This document shows, piece by piece, positions 1 through 64,000 of a stretch of DNA of 64,000 nucleotides. Below the pieces are notes generated by a model. It was not told where the DNA came from, made no database searches, and was given only the letters and a program-made list of their open reading frames with translations. The translations under genes and the position numbers were made by a program. The stretch lies in NCBI GenBank assembly GCA_020137815.1, contig CM035357.1:6448001-6512000 (forward strand), read 5' to 3'. Origin of the DNA: Hormiphora californensis (lineage: Eukaryota > Animalia > Ctenophora). Every line of letters begins with the position of its first letter. Positions within the stretch are counted from its first letter, which is position 1.

Positions 1-1361
1 CCCCCATGGATCCTGGTATATCGGGGTGGAATGTGATGAAGTAGTATCTCCACAAAACCTCCCATTCATATTTGTCCTTAACCGTTTTATTTTCATCCAG
101 ACGTTTCTACGAGATCATTTGGATCGGCCTTCCAGTCTCTTCGATAATATGTCTCCTTCCGTGAGATTGAAAATACAAGGTATAAAATGCTTTATATGGC
201 AGTAGGAATTAATTAAAAAATAAATACATGCATATTAAGAACAAATTATCTCAGTTTAGTTCATTGTCACAGTTAGTTACTCATACTTTAGTGATAGTTC
301 ATTCTTAAAATGTCCATAACTTATATATATTACCACCCTTTCTATTTAGGTACTGGAGTTATCCTTGTATGGGTCACTTTCTTGAGCCTCTACAGTGTAG
401 AGTCTACACCTCCCCCTCCCCCATCCCTTCCCACTCTGTTCATGTTCACAGTCCGAGATATGAGGCTCCACCCTCGGGATAGCCGTCAGTCCGCCAGGTA
501 TTTTCTACCCACTCTCTTTAGTATTATACTTCAATTTCCGTGACGAGGCTTTTACAGTATTTTACTAGCCTTCTATCAGGTTTTCAGGGCCCCTTAGCTG
601 CAGCAGACGCGGTGTGGGGTCCCTAGTGTGTACGGATTTTATGTGTGTATTGAATTCCTTACCTTTGTATGTACATTGTATGTACATTGTACACCTAAAA
701 TAGTTCTTCCCAGTAAATTCTGCCGCCAAAATCAGGAGCGGGGTGCGCGGGGCGCGCGCAATCTATAGTAAGTAGATACTCAAACTGTCAGCATTTGGTC
801 TCGCGCATACCACGCTATGCATTTTTCTTATCATGACTACAGCCCCTCCTGCGGAGGGGCTGCTTCGCAGCCAAGAGGCTGAGCAATAACCGTTCAAAGA
901 TTGGTTGTTTTCAAAAAGTGACGTCACAGGTCCATGCAGGGACACTTTGTTTCAAATTTGAATTAAATCTCGAATTTTTTTATTTTACCGCACTCGATTT
1001 TGCGGAGTTTGGTTCATATCTTTCTGTTCTGATAAGATAGAGACCTGCAACCGGTTGCATTTGAAAGCTGTATCTTTCTCTTTCCAACGCTACCAAAACG
1101 ATTTCTGTACCTTATCTGGAACCGGAGATATGATTGATTATGTATTCCCCCCTAGCGCGGTATTCCCTCCAGGCCCCTTATATTATATTATAAGGGGCCT
1201 GCAACGTATGCCAAATAAAAATTTTCCCGAAAAAATCCGCACCGCGCCGGCCGCCGACGCCGACGCGGCCGCTCAGTGATGTGTTCGTCAGGCCAGCGTT
1301 AAAATCTGGGTGTTTCGTGAGTGCTGACAAACGGTTTTTCAGGGTTAGTGCTAAAGTAGGG

Positions 1362-1516
1362 TAAAGTCGGATTTTTTGAAGTTGTCACCCCCCTTCTCGT
1401 GCGCGGAATGTTTTTGCGCGTCACATCACATGTTAACGTGTGGTGTGCGCGTCAAAATTGATAAATTTCACATGCGCGGTCATTTTGGGGTGACAACTTC
1501 AAAAAATCCGACTTTA
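1362..1516. mobile_element. MITE (155 bp) with 30-bp TIRs and 4-bp TSD AGGG
   Basis: TIR taaagtcggattttttgaagttgtcacccc / ggggtgacaacttcaaaaaatccgacttta; aggg at 1358-1361 and 1517-1520; related copies at 2096-2247 and 21224-21376. Confidence 0.85.
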
Positions 1517-2095
1517 AGGGTTAGGTTTTTTTGAAAGCCAGGGCTGATGTTTTTAGCACCCACGTCACACTGCAGGGGCGGTGCGCGGCTTTCACCCGCT
1601 CTGGTCAAAATGCGGCCGAAACATTTTTAACTCGCGCGTTCCGTCGAAATACCCAATGCGGACGATCCGCATTGGCTATTTTGACGTAGCGCGCCGATCA
1701 AAAATACTGCGAGCAAAAAAACCTGTGTGCGCGGCGCGGATCACTAAAAATCTCATTTGAAACATCAAATTTGGAGAAAAATTGACCCTTTCCTTGAATT
1801 TTTTCTTTTCTCTCCGTGATCCAAAGTAAAAATGCGGACGCGTCCGCATCGTCCGCATGGCAGAGCCGCCACGTGCTAAAAAGATCATTCAGGGTTTAGA
1901 AATCAGCAGCTCGTGTCCGTCTGTCTGTCGGTCCACCGTTACCGGCACAGCGCACATGACAACGCTCCTTGAAAGAGTCAGTCGTCCGCAAAGTTATCCC
2001 ACTACGGACCGTGGTGGCGCACACTCAAAATTTGCTGCACACACACTGAGAATACAGAGTAAGTTTTCACACCTCGCGTTACAGCATAGCGGCGC

Positions 2096-2247
2096 TAAAG
2101 TCCGATTTTTTGAAACTGTCACCCCCCTTTTCGTGCGCGGAATGTTTTTGCGCGTCATCACATGAACGTGTGGTTGTGCGCGTCAAATTTGATAAATTTC
2201 ACATGCGCGGTCATTTTGGGGTGACAGTTTCAAAAAATCCGACTTTA
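2096..2247. mobile_element. MITE, second copy of the 1362-1516 family
   Basis: Same TIRs and near-identical interior; TSD not evident. Confidence 0.8.
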
Positions 2248-2970
2248 ATAGCGCTCAAATGGATTTAACTTCTTAGTTAAAGTCGGATTTTTGTCACCAA
2301 ACGGCTATAGCCACGCAACCACATGGTCAATTTGAGTAAACTAAACGGTAACTGCTAGAGAATCGGTAGCCCTAACCGATAACTGTTTGGTGTAAGAGCG
2401 GGACAAGGTTTTAACATTTTCATATTGACGATGAAAATGGTGATTAAACTTAAACTTAATGTTAAACCCCAAACCAAACCCTAACCAGACCCTAACGGAT
2501 AGCCCTAACCCGTCGCGTGCGCTAAAACTACGAATTGTTAGCAATGAAAGGCACCCAGATTTTAACGTTTTCCCGTTGAAAGCTCAGCTCGTTAGTATGG
2601 TGACTGACGGAACGTGAGAAGTTCCCATGTAAAGCTTAGTGTCACATAACATTGTAATTAGGCGTTGGCGACGACGATCAGATCACATTGCACGGTATCA
2701 TCTAGTGTGGGCGGCGCTTAACAGATCTCATCGCTTATCAGTGAATGTGATCGGTTTGAGTATTCGTCGGCAGGGAAATACAGCATTATGAAACATAATG
2801 CAATAATAATTCTTGTTAAAAACTGTCCTTCCGCTTTGAAAAGCGCAGAAAGACCCTCAGCTTCAGCTCCTCAAAACCTAAAGAAGAAGAAGAAGGAGAA
2901 GAAGAAGATTAATAAAACAGAGACCCATCCCCATTATTCATATGAAGCCCAACGCTCTAACCTTTTATTG

Positions 2971-3165
2971 TATGAACAATCATTTGCGGTACTAGGGGCA
3001 AGGTTGTGGAATGTTCTTCCACGAACTGTAAAAGAGGCTCCAACTCTTCACCAGTTCAAATCTCAGTTGGGTAGTTTTCTCTCCACTATTCCTGACACAT
3101 GCACACCCCTGTCACGGTTACCTGCTCAAGCCAACAGCAACTCAATACTGGAGTGGTGCTCGTAA
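2971..3165 (+). mobile_element. 5'-truncated LINE fragment (CR1/L2-like ORF2 C-terminus)
   Basis: Translates SFAVLGARLWNVLPRTVKEAPTLHQFKSQLGSFLSTIPD...ANSNSILEW, the WNxLP...FKxxL...PD...NSNS pattern typical of the C-terminal end of CR1-group ORF2. Confidence 0.75.
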
Positions 3166-3517
3166 CATTCTTGTGTGGTTTTATGTTCGCTGAGCTGACC
3201 GTGTGTTTTTGGGAGGCTTATTATTATCCTGTGTTTCACAAATTCTTGAACTGAACTGTTAATAAATAGTAAAATCATCCAGGGGAATTTCATGCATTGT
3301 TTCACACACAAAAAATGTAAAAGTCCTATGAAAAGGAATATATATACATACATGTAATGAGTCTCTTCGTCCAAATATTTAAAAATTTATAATGAACTGG
3401 AAGTGTGTCTCAAAATTCTCATGCGAACTCAAGGAACGCAGGTGGTAATACGGTATGTTGCATACCAATCATATCAGATGTTTTGTCTTCATACAGCTCC
3501 CGAACTTTTTAAAGCTT

Positions 3518-4516
3518 TCATTTGTTCACCCTGATAGTCGTGTGGCGAATATTATTTATTCCATTTTTGCGGAAAATGTTGAGAAAGCACCCTCTAAATG
3601 GTTTGTTCATCACGAGATAAAGGAAGGGGTTGATGATGCTGTTCACCGACAGCATATAATTGTGGAAAAGATAGAGAAACAGACTGATTTTGATTCCTGC
3701 TCCGTACATAGCAAATTTAACAAGGGTAGGATATGTAACAAAGGACAAAAGAGCAGCACATGACGGTCAACATGATCGCTGTTTGTCATCTTCCCCTCAC
3801 CATCCTTCTGACTGCGCCTGCTGTGCGTGAGATATTCCTCTCGCTCTTCCTCACAATCCCCAAATCCATGCGTTAGTGACCAGGATGATAATGGTGGGGA
3901 CGAAGATAAACACCAGAGTCATGTAGGTGGAATGCTGCGCTACCTCCGGGTCTCCATACTTCTTGCTGTACTGACTTGATATACACCGCAGGATCTCCGG
4001 TACGAAGATGGCATTGCAGTTGTGGGTTATGAAGAACCCTAGTGGAGCGAAGGAGATGATGAAACCAGGCTGTTGTGATCCTAACTGCAAGCACCTGTTG
4101 TCTGACTGTAGTTGTGACCCATCCCCGACATTTTATCAGTCTGTATACAGACGCCACAGTTTTCAGCAGGACCTGCATGTAGAATGGCACCTCAGATGTC
4201 ATGGAGGTGGCGAGGCACAATGCTGAGCCAAGAGCCCACCGCTGAGCAATTAGCGTAGCAAACATTGGCACGAAATACAGGATCAAAATTAGAATATCGT
4301 CAGAGCGACTAGTTCAATCAAGTACTTCATGATCGCATCCACTTTTATCGCCTTGAACCTGGTAGACCCCACCAGGACAATAAAGTTACCGGTGAGACCA
4401 GTGATAAGGATGGTGAGATTAATAAGAAGGACTATCCAATACCAAGCAGGGGACATGCCCGTGTGCTTGAGAAGGTGTTTCACCTGTTCTATAGTCGTTA
4501 TGTTCACTGTAGTCAT
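3518..4516 (-). pseudogene. Intronless rhodopsin-class (class A) GPCR, disrupted as assembled
   Basis: Consecutive ORF pieces give TM1 GLTGNFIVL, TM2 LVAL.DIL (across a frameshift at ~4298), ECL1 WALGSALC, TM3 end SVYRL, TM5 FIFVPTIIIL and TM7 NSIINPFLY; at least 4 frameshifts plus one in-frame TGA; true pseudogene versus sequence error unresolved. Confidence 0.8.
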
Positions 4517-5156
4517 GGCTACATGGTGGGGGTGGGGTTAGTTAGTGTAGCTACATTCGGTGGGGGTTAGTTAGCCACTAGTGTGGCTGAAACTAGATGG
4601 GTGACATGGTTTATTGTGGCTGAAACTGGAAACAGGAAACTATTACACGCTGGGGACAGTTTTAAGAGGGATGGGAACGAGTTACTGAATAATGGCTGTC
4701 AACAGAACATGAAAGCAACTTATTTTATTTCAAATTGCGATGATCGGCTAACTACTAGTTAGCAACTAGGATTTAGGAAACAAAAGATTTGAATTTAAAA
4801 TAAAGTGCTAAATCAAGTGTTTGTGATATCACATTAAGAAAGAGAGCTGCCTGTGTGATGAATGTAGGGATGGGCTAAACAGGGATTGGAATTTGGAGAG
4901 TAAGCAATAAATTGAATAGAGGGATTTGCATCATAAAGGAAGACCAAGACATGGAGAGATCTTTGTGCTATAGCATAACAGAGATTTAGATAAGTTGCCA
5001 ATTTAAACTAACACCGCGTTGCTGCTAAGTTACCCATTCCGTAGGGCGGGCAGATTTTGAGTCTCTTGGCACGGACCATAAAGTTTAAAGGAATTACGAA
5101 CAATTCAATACAAATGATGTAGGTAAATATAATTTTAACCAGACCTCCCTTCTAGG

Positions 5157-6040
5157 ATGAAACGGTTTATCACAACCAGCCTAAGGGGACTCTCTACCTC
5201 TACTACCACTCCAACCTTTACAGAGTTCCTACCCCTCCACATCGATGCCCTGACCCGACCCGCCCCTCCCTTATCCCGTATGATCCTATCCTCCAACACT
5301 AACTATGACTACGATCACGAATTGGGTCGGTTCTTCTCACAAATGATGAGTTACTACATCCAACTCAACCGACTCTCTGCTGCTGCTGATCTGCTGAGAA
5401 GTGTGGTTTGCAACAAAGGTCTCGATAACGGGCACACCAAATCAATGATTCACAAATTCGCAGAAGAGATTACGGAGCGACTACACAAAATTGACACCAG
5501 GGAGTTTTTAGATGTTTTCCTGATGCTGACGGAGGACAACACTCGCTGTAGTGACTTGGCAAAGCACACTCTAAAGGGAATTGTGCTGTGCTGAGAGAAC
5601 AGGTGGGGCCGCTATCACCAATCTCAGATCTTTGTTTGCGCACAACAAGGAGTTATACCAGTCACTAAACGGTCACATTATAGAGATAATGGTGAAGAAT
5701 GGGGATCTGGATAATCTACACTTAGTCGACTATGGAGCACTAAATAACACAGCCTCTAGAAAACTTTACAAGAGGACTCTGTACGGGATGGGCAGACACT
5801 ACTGATATGATAGAGTTAGTTATTGCAACAAGGGCTAAAGGACTGGTACTAAAGTTGTATAGTGCCATTTCTAAAGGCGCTATTGATGTCAGTGAGGAAG
5901 ACGTGGAGCGACTCAAGACAATGGTTAGAGATGATGGAGATTTAGCAGAGATAGTGAGAGGGATTGAGATAAGGGGTGTAGGTCAGAAGGAGGGCGTTCA
6001 ACTTGCTGACGATTGGAACGAGCTTGACCTCATGAAATAA
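5157..6040 (+). CDS. Uncharacterised ~290-aa protein, possibly mitochondrial, split by two frameshifts
   Basis: Three abutting ORFs (5157-5594, 5581-5805, 5807-6040) with protein-like composition; N-terminus MKRFITTSLRGLSTST is R/S/T-rich and lacks acidic residues; acceptor-like ccttctag 1 nt before the ATG. Confidence 0.55.
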
Positions 6041-6635
6041 TGAAACTAACACTCTCTTAACTTCTGGAAGTCGCAGCTGGTGTTATAAAAGGGAGTTTGA
6101 AGGAAAATGGAAATAATATGTTGATGAATGATGAATATATTGCCAACTGAACAACATGGAGTTATTGGACAGATAGTGGTCGAGATGGAGAGAATGAGTG
6201 GGTGAGAGTGAGAGAGAGTGAGAGGTAGTTAGAGAGTGAGAGATAGTTAGAGAGTGAGAGAGAGTAATAGTGAGAGTGAGAGAGAGAGAAGGAGAGGAAG
6301 AGACAGAAGCCTATTTAGTAGGTCATTGACTTGCTCTGACTGTTCTCTCTCTCATTTATTAAAGAGTTTTTGATTTTCCATTATAAACAAACCCACAAGG
6401 TTTTTGATTACTTGATGGGGCATAATTAATTACCGTTTAACTTATTGTTTTGTATCCCTTTAACTTATTATTCCTTTTTATAGACCGGCTTTTAGTTGCT
6501 TGAATTTCTTACACACACATGTATCTCAAGTCTCAATACCCAAACACTTATCTCTCTATCCACTATTAGCTCTTTCGATATAATATCCTTAGGATATTAT
6601 CCTTACATACCATCATTCCCTAATCCCTCGTTCAC

Positions 6636-7229
6636 CAGGGCTGGCTCCAGCCCGATATTTCTGGGGGGGGGGTGTAGTGGCCGAAGGCCACTGTTTCCTA
6701 ATACAGTCGGACCCCGATTTAGTGGCATCCTCGGGGGAAAAATATCCTGCCACTAAATCGGGGTGCCACTAAATCGGGGTCAAATAATGTTAATTTCCTA
6801 AATCGGGGGAAAAATATCCTGCCACTAAATCGGGGTGCCACTAAATCGGGGGCCACTAAATCGGGGTCCGACTGTAGTAGCATTTGCGACCGGAGCACCC
6901 GACAGGCACGTAGGGAGCTCCGCCGGGGGGGGGGGGGGCGAAGCCCCCGGAAATTTTTTAACTAAATCAATCAAATTTTAGGGTTTTTAATCATTTGTGA
7001 CGTCTACTTTCTAGATTTATGAATGCTACAAAATACTCTCTCTCTCTCTCTCCAACTCATTGATGTTCACTAGGTGATCTGTCAATAATTCCTGAAATTT
7101 TACTAAAAATTTTGTATTTTTGGGGTGGTTTCCCAATCCAAATGGTCTCAGACAGTCTTGGCAGCTTTGCTGCCAAGAATTTTTGGGGGGTGCGCACCCC
7201 CTGCACCCCCCCACCTGGAGCCAGCCCTG
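6636..7229. mobile_element. hAT-type MITE with 8-bp TSD, carrying a nested TA-MITE
   Basis: 15-bp TIR cagggctggctccag / ctggagccagccctg; TSD tcgttcac at 6628-6635 and 7230-7237. Confidence 0.9.
6704..6874. mobile_element. Tc1/mariner-pogo-type MITE (CAGTCGGACCCCGATTTA family)
   Basis: TIR cagtcggaccccgatttagtggc / gccactaaatcggggtccgactg, flanked by TA on both sides. Confidence 0.9.
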
Positions 7230-7425
7230 TCGTTCACTACTGTTATTCACATCTATATGACCCGCGTTCCCAACTGTCCCTCAGTGTTTTCCTTGTTGAA
7301 CAAAACAACTCAGTGTTAACTCCCCAATGCCCAATTGTCTCTAATCATTGACTCCCCAATGCCCAATCGTCTCTAATTATAATTGACTATTGACTATTGA
7401 CTATTGACTCCCCTATAGTAGGAGA

Positions 7426-24959
<17,534 letters not shown>

Positions 24960-25524
24960 CGGCACCTTGTTACCATGACAACAACCAATATGTGAAGGAT
25001 TGATCTCTCTGTAGAACACTCGGGATGTAAAACTCTTTCGGAGTTCTGGGACTTGAATATCGAGATATCAAAGTGTATTTGGAATTGTGTATTCAGTAAA
25101 TTCTTTGACTGAGATATATTGTGTGACTGTGAGGGGGGAGAAACAACATAGGGTCGTTGCATGCTGTCTCTGTAGTCAGTTTGTTAGGTGTAGTAGCACG
25201 CTGTAAATTAGAGAGAGAAATGTGATCTGTGTGTGTCATGTGACCCCTATATTGTGTGATATGTGATCATGATATGATGTCCATGTGATCTGGGAAACCG
25301 AGAGCGAAATAATATGTAACTACTGTCTGTCTCGTACTCTCTTGAACAATTCATAAACTTATGTGTTTATAAACTTTGTTAACATTGCGGTATGAGCAGT
25401 TTTTCTTTCTTTTTCGGTTTACAAACTAAAACACTACCGAATACTGCACTGCTTATACCGCAATTTGTATCGGGTATCCGGCCAAAACCTTACACGGCAA
25501 ATGTTCATTTGCTGCAGACGTCGT

Positions 25525-26175
25525 CTAGACGCCGTTCTAACGACGTCTAGACGTCGTCCAGACGGTAAACATCTAGACGGGTTTTGCGTCTAGACGGCGT
25601 CTGCACAGTGCACGGCGTCTAGACGGATTCAGATGGGATTGAGACGGTCTCTAGTCTCTACCCGTTTAGACAGAGTTGAACTAAATGTCGAAATCAGACG
25701 GTGTTGAACGAAATCAGGCAGAATCTCTGAAATCAGACGGAAACCAAACCCGTCTCAAGTACGTCTGAACGACTTCTGCAGTAAAACCCGTCTAGATCTA
25801 AACTTGGCACCATTGCTACCTGTCTACTTCGCACGTACTAGGTGTCAATGTAACCAAGATCTAGGCGGGTACCGTCTAGACGGTCTTGAGACGGAATTTC
25901 TATTGGCGACGTTCAGACGTGCTTGACACGGGATTGGTTTCCGTCTGATTTCAGAGGTTACGTCTGATTTCGTCTAACACCTGTCAGGCCAATGCTCTGA
26001 CCACTGTTCTCGCGCTCCGAGAAATTAGAATAGGGTCAGGCCAATGCTCTGATTTTGTCCAACTCCGTCTAAACGGCTAGAGACCGTCTAAACGGCACGT
26101 CTCAATCCTTTCTAACTCCGTCCAGACGCCATCTAGACACAAAACCCGTCTAGACGTCGTTGGAACGGCGTCTAG
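25525..26175. mobile_element. Inverted-repeat element rich in cgtctagacg motifs
   Basis: Ends ctagacgccgttctaacgacgtctagacg / cgtctagacgtcgttggaacggcgtctag; internal inverted blocks (aaatcagacggaaaccaa / ttggtttccgtctgattt). Confidence 0.65.
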
Positions 26176-26347
26176 CAGCTACTAGGAGTAGGGACCTCAC
26201 CTACGATAGCCCGGCTAGGTTTAACATTAACTATAAGGTGGCAAATGTTCATTTGCCACCTTATAGTTATAGTTAGTGTGATAGCCGGGCTATCGTAGGT
26301 GAGCCGTGAGGCCCCTAGTAGCTGCAGGTGAGGCCCCTAGTAGCTGC
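26175..26347. repeat. Palindromic hairpin mini-element
   Basis: Nested stems gcagctactagg, ctcacctacgatagcccggcta and aactataaggtggcaaatg, each with its reverse complement. Confidence 0.75.
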
Positions 26348-26435
26348 ATGGGCCTCATGATCACGTTGGATCCATTGCAACCTATCCTCGCTCCGTGTGA
26401 GATCGATCTCACTCAGGTATCAATGTTATCATGGG

Positions 26436-26636
26436 TGCTTGTAGTGAGAATACGGTATCGGTTCAACACGGTATCAGTGAAAAACGGTAAGACGAGACCA
26501 ATCAGAGTGCCAGATTGACAACACGTGACACCGAAATATATATGTATTTCAAATACAATTACATATGTATTTCAGGAACTGTAATGGTCAAATACCGTAT
26601 TATTCAGACACCGTATTCCCACTACAACTACAAGCA
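26436..26636. mobile_element. Small MITE-like element
   Basis: Inverted ends ttgtagtgagaatacggt / accgtattcccactacaa. Confidence 0.5.
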
Positions 26637-27904
26637 GCACTGTATGTGACCAAATGATCACCTATGATCACCTGGAAATGGAAGTCGATCAAATCCTAAC
26701 CGAAAACCACGTCCTGGTCTAGGTTGTCATAGTTATGACCTGGTCCAGACTCCAGAGTCACCCTAACCAGTAACCACTGAGATATAGATCCTCTAGACGA
26801 TAGCAGAACAGTTTAAAAGGAAACCCCAAGCAAAAGCTCCGCCATATTCTGTCATGTGGCCCTGGGTCTGATCTGAGCCAGACAGGCCCAAACTGTAGAA
26901 AGATCTTGTATCTTAAAGTTAAATCAAGCTGTCTTATCTGGTGGTCTTTTGCCGCAGCCCAGATCGCCGATGGGACAGCACTTGTTCGAAACAACCACAG
27001 ACAGCTCAATTAAAAGACCTGTCTGGCGGACCCCATCTGAGCGCACTGTCGCAATTTGAGAATAAAAACGAGGTCTTGCGCAGCCAGACAGATAAATTCA
27101 GAATTCTGGACAAAGCTATGACCGCATTACGTTTTTCAAATTCCCCAAATTATTTTTGTTGCTGGGGGTTTCCCTGCCTAGACACATTGATTAAAAACAG
27201 CATATATTACGAGTCACCAATAAAATAAGTAAACAAGTGTACAAGGTATCGTTTATTCAATTGTATGTTGCCAATTTTACAAATAAAGAGTAAGAAGACC
27301 CAAACTATTGGTTACCCTAATTAATATGTACCTATCTATCCCAAAATATACCAGCAGGTTCACTCGAATCTAGTGCACGAAGCTTTCAAATTCTGATCAG
27401 ATTAAGAAATTGTTGGGCATATTGTTGGCAAGAAATTAACTCTAAACTTTGGGAAGATCTTTCGAAGACACACACGCATCAAATCTCACTTTCAGCTAAT
27501 ACGAATACAACACAATAACACACGGAATCCATCTACCCAATCTATCACTGTCCCATAATTGTTATGTCCAATTAAATATTGCCCCATCTCGAATATCTCT
27601 CATTTCTCAGCGTGATCCTCGCGTCAGATCCTCGGATTCTATCAGTTAACCCCTCAGAGCTGTCCTCTCTTCGTCAGATTGTGGCGTCTATTCCTTCTAC
27701 CCCTCTTCCTGAGATAGTCTGTTCACGCATAGTACCGGGGAGATGTTCGGGGTGGTCGGGGAGAGAATCGATAGAGCAGAGAGAGAGAGATATTTAAAGG
27801 GAGTGTGAGAGAGACAGACTGACATTCCTCTCTGCACGAGGAACAACAATTTGAAATAAATTAAAGGGCCACAACAAACAAACAAGGGTCGGGGAATCGG
27901 ATAA

Positions 27905-62943
<35,039 letters not shown>

Positions 62944-63484
62944 ATTTTAGCTAAACTGAGGAAGTAGGAAATTGTTGAGGGAAGTAGGAAACGATGGTTT
63001 GACAAAATAAGATAGGAAGGAGGTTTGGGGAGTTATAGCGTGGTACTAGTTAGGTAGTGGAGGGTTATTAAAATTTTCTTACCCTCCCTCGGAGAGAGTG
63101 AATGTTCTTACCCTCCCTCGGAAAGAGAGGGTCGAACAAGGCAAGGAGGGGTAACCAGGGTGGTAGGCAAAACAGGAAGCGTACACTTTGGGTGAAAAAT
63201 ATACCATACACACGTTAAAATATACTATACGCCTAGTATATAGCCCATACCGGCGCTAGGAAAAAATAACTTAAAAAATCTCTCGAAAAATCCTCTCAAA
63301 ATATACATAAACTTCAAACAATCGGGTTTTATTTGGTGTATAAACTTTTTTATTGTTCTAATATGTGTGATATTCAATATGACATGCTGTATAAAGAACG
63401 CTTGTTTCGTGTATATTATATCTGCTAAACCTACTACTAAATCTTTATTCTGTGATTGGGTGACTAATGTATCAGCGATGAAAA

Positions 63485-63607
63485 CTATTCCAAGTCTTCA
63501 CATTTGTCTAGGGGGTAATGATCAGGATGCCGTTTCAGATGGTCTATTAGTTCCTGTTTCTGATCCTGTAGATTCAGGGGTAAGGTGTCCCAGGCATCGT
63601 CAAACAT
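63485..63607 (-). CDS. BCKDHA: Terminal exon of branched-chain alpha-keto acid dehydrogenase E1 alpha (rest of gene lies beyond the window)
   Basis: Acceptor ctctccccag, then MFDDAWDTLPLNLQDQKQELIDHLKRHPDHYPLDKCEDLE*, matching the BCKDH E1-alpha C-terminal pattern FxDVY..P..L..Q...L..HL......YPL; AATAAA on the minus strand at 63444-63449. Confidence 0.8.
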   Translation of the reverse strand: MFDDAWDTLPLNLQDQKQELIDHLKRHPDHYPLDKCEDLE

Positions 63608-64000
63608 CTGGGGAGAGGGGGTTAGTGGTATGGAGGATGGGGGGGTTTAGAACCAGGGGAGGGGGTTTAGAACTAGGGGATAGAGACTCTATATTAGAAC
63701 CAGGGAAGGGGGATAGAGAGTACCACCGGGGAAGAAGCAGTAGGTTGTCAGTAGATTGTCAAGCTAATCACTGGAGTGGCAGAGAAGCGAAGAAGGGAAT
63801 GGGTTTATATGAGGAAGTATTGCTACACAATTTGACGCACTAATATTGCCTCCTGCACTTCTATAAAATCATCAACTACCATTTCATTTAGATACATCAC
63901 AATCACCCCCTACTTGTCAGAAATATTAAGTGAGATTTAACGTATTTAGTTCAGCAAAAGAGCCTTCAGAAATGGGGAGTGACACTGACAGTTGCACGCA

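Larger units (their letters stand above)
1291..2572. mobile_element. Possible larger non-autonomous TIR element hosting the two MITEs
   Basis: Inverted repeat cgttaaaatctgggtg (~1297) / cacccagattttaacg (~2552); subterminal agggtt/ccctaacc motifs; no clear TSD. Confidence 0.4.

Noticed and set aside
1-180. Possible minus-strand exon (KRLDENKTVKDKYEWEVLWRYYFITFHPDIPGSMG)
   Set aside because: Truncated by the window edge, weak acceptor, no recognisable family.
2460-2512. ccctaacc motifs as telomeric repeats
   Set aside because: Few, degenerate and dispersed within a putative transposon end; not a (TTAGGG)n tract.
63367-63843. 158-aa plus-strand ORF
   Set aside because: Shadow frame opposite the BCKDHA last exon and its repeat-rich intron; no ATG start and no recognisable motifs.

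Overview
AT-rich, intron-dense animal genomic DNA. It is most likely a ctenophore, because several short repeats match ones I recall from Pleurobrachia gene models; this is an unverified inference. No rRNA, tRNA or CRISPR features are visible. Genes reconstructed by hand from GT-AG splice sites and phase continuity: (1) a frameshifted intronless rhodopsin-class GPCR (-, 3518-4516); (2) a frameshifted ORF with a mitochondrial-presequence-like N-terminus (+, 5157-6040); (3) a complete 24-exon, 752-aa ORP9/10/11-type oxysterol-binding-protein-related gene (+, 7426-24959); (4) a 7-exon, 234-aa protein phosphatase inhibitor-2 gene (-, 62943 to 27905), whose intron 2 holds a 34-bp satellite and two copies of a nested antisense 98-aa membrane-protein gene; (5) the last exon of BCKDHA (-, 63485-63607). 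Bases ~37700-57440 are an indel-riddled second copy of ~16240-37680, most likely an uncollapsed, unpolished alternate haplotype. That copy precisely lacks one 484-bp ORP intron, a candidate intron presence/absence polymorphism. Other highlights: a Rab-effector (SHD1/RIM-like) helix fused to the ORP PH domain, phase-compatible internal last and first exons that could split the ORP into PH-only and ORD-only products, a second FxxKRxxHY motif in inhibitor-2, recurrent tandem amplification of splice signals, and a non-autonomous element whose terminal hairpins show compensatory base changes.
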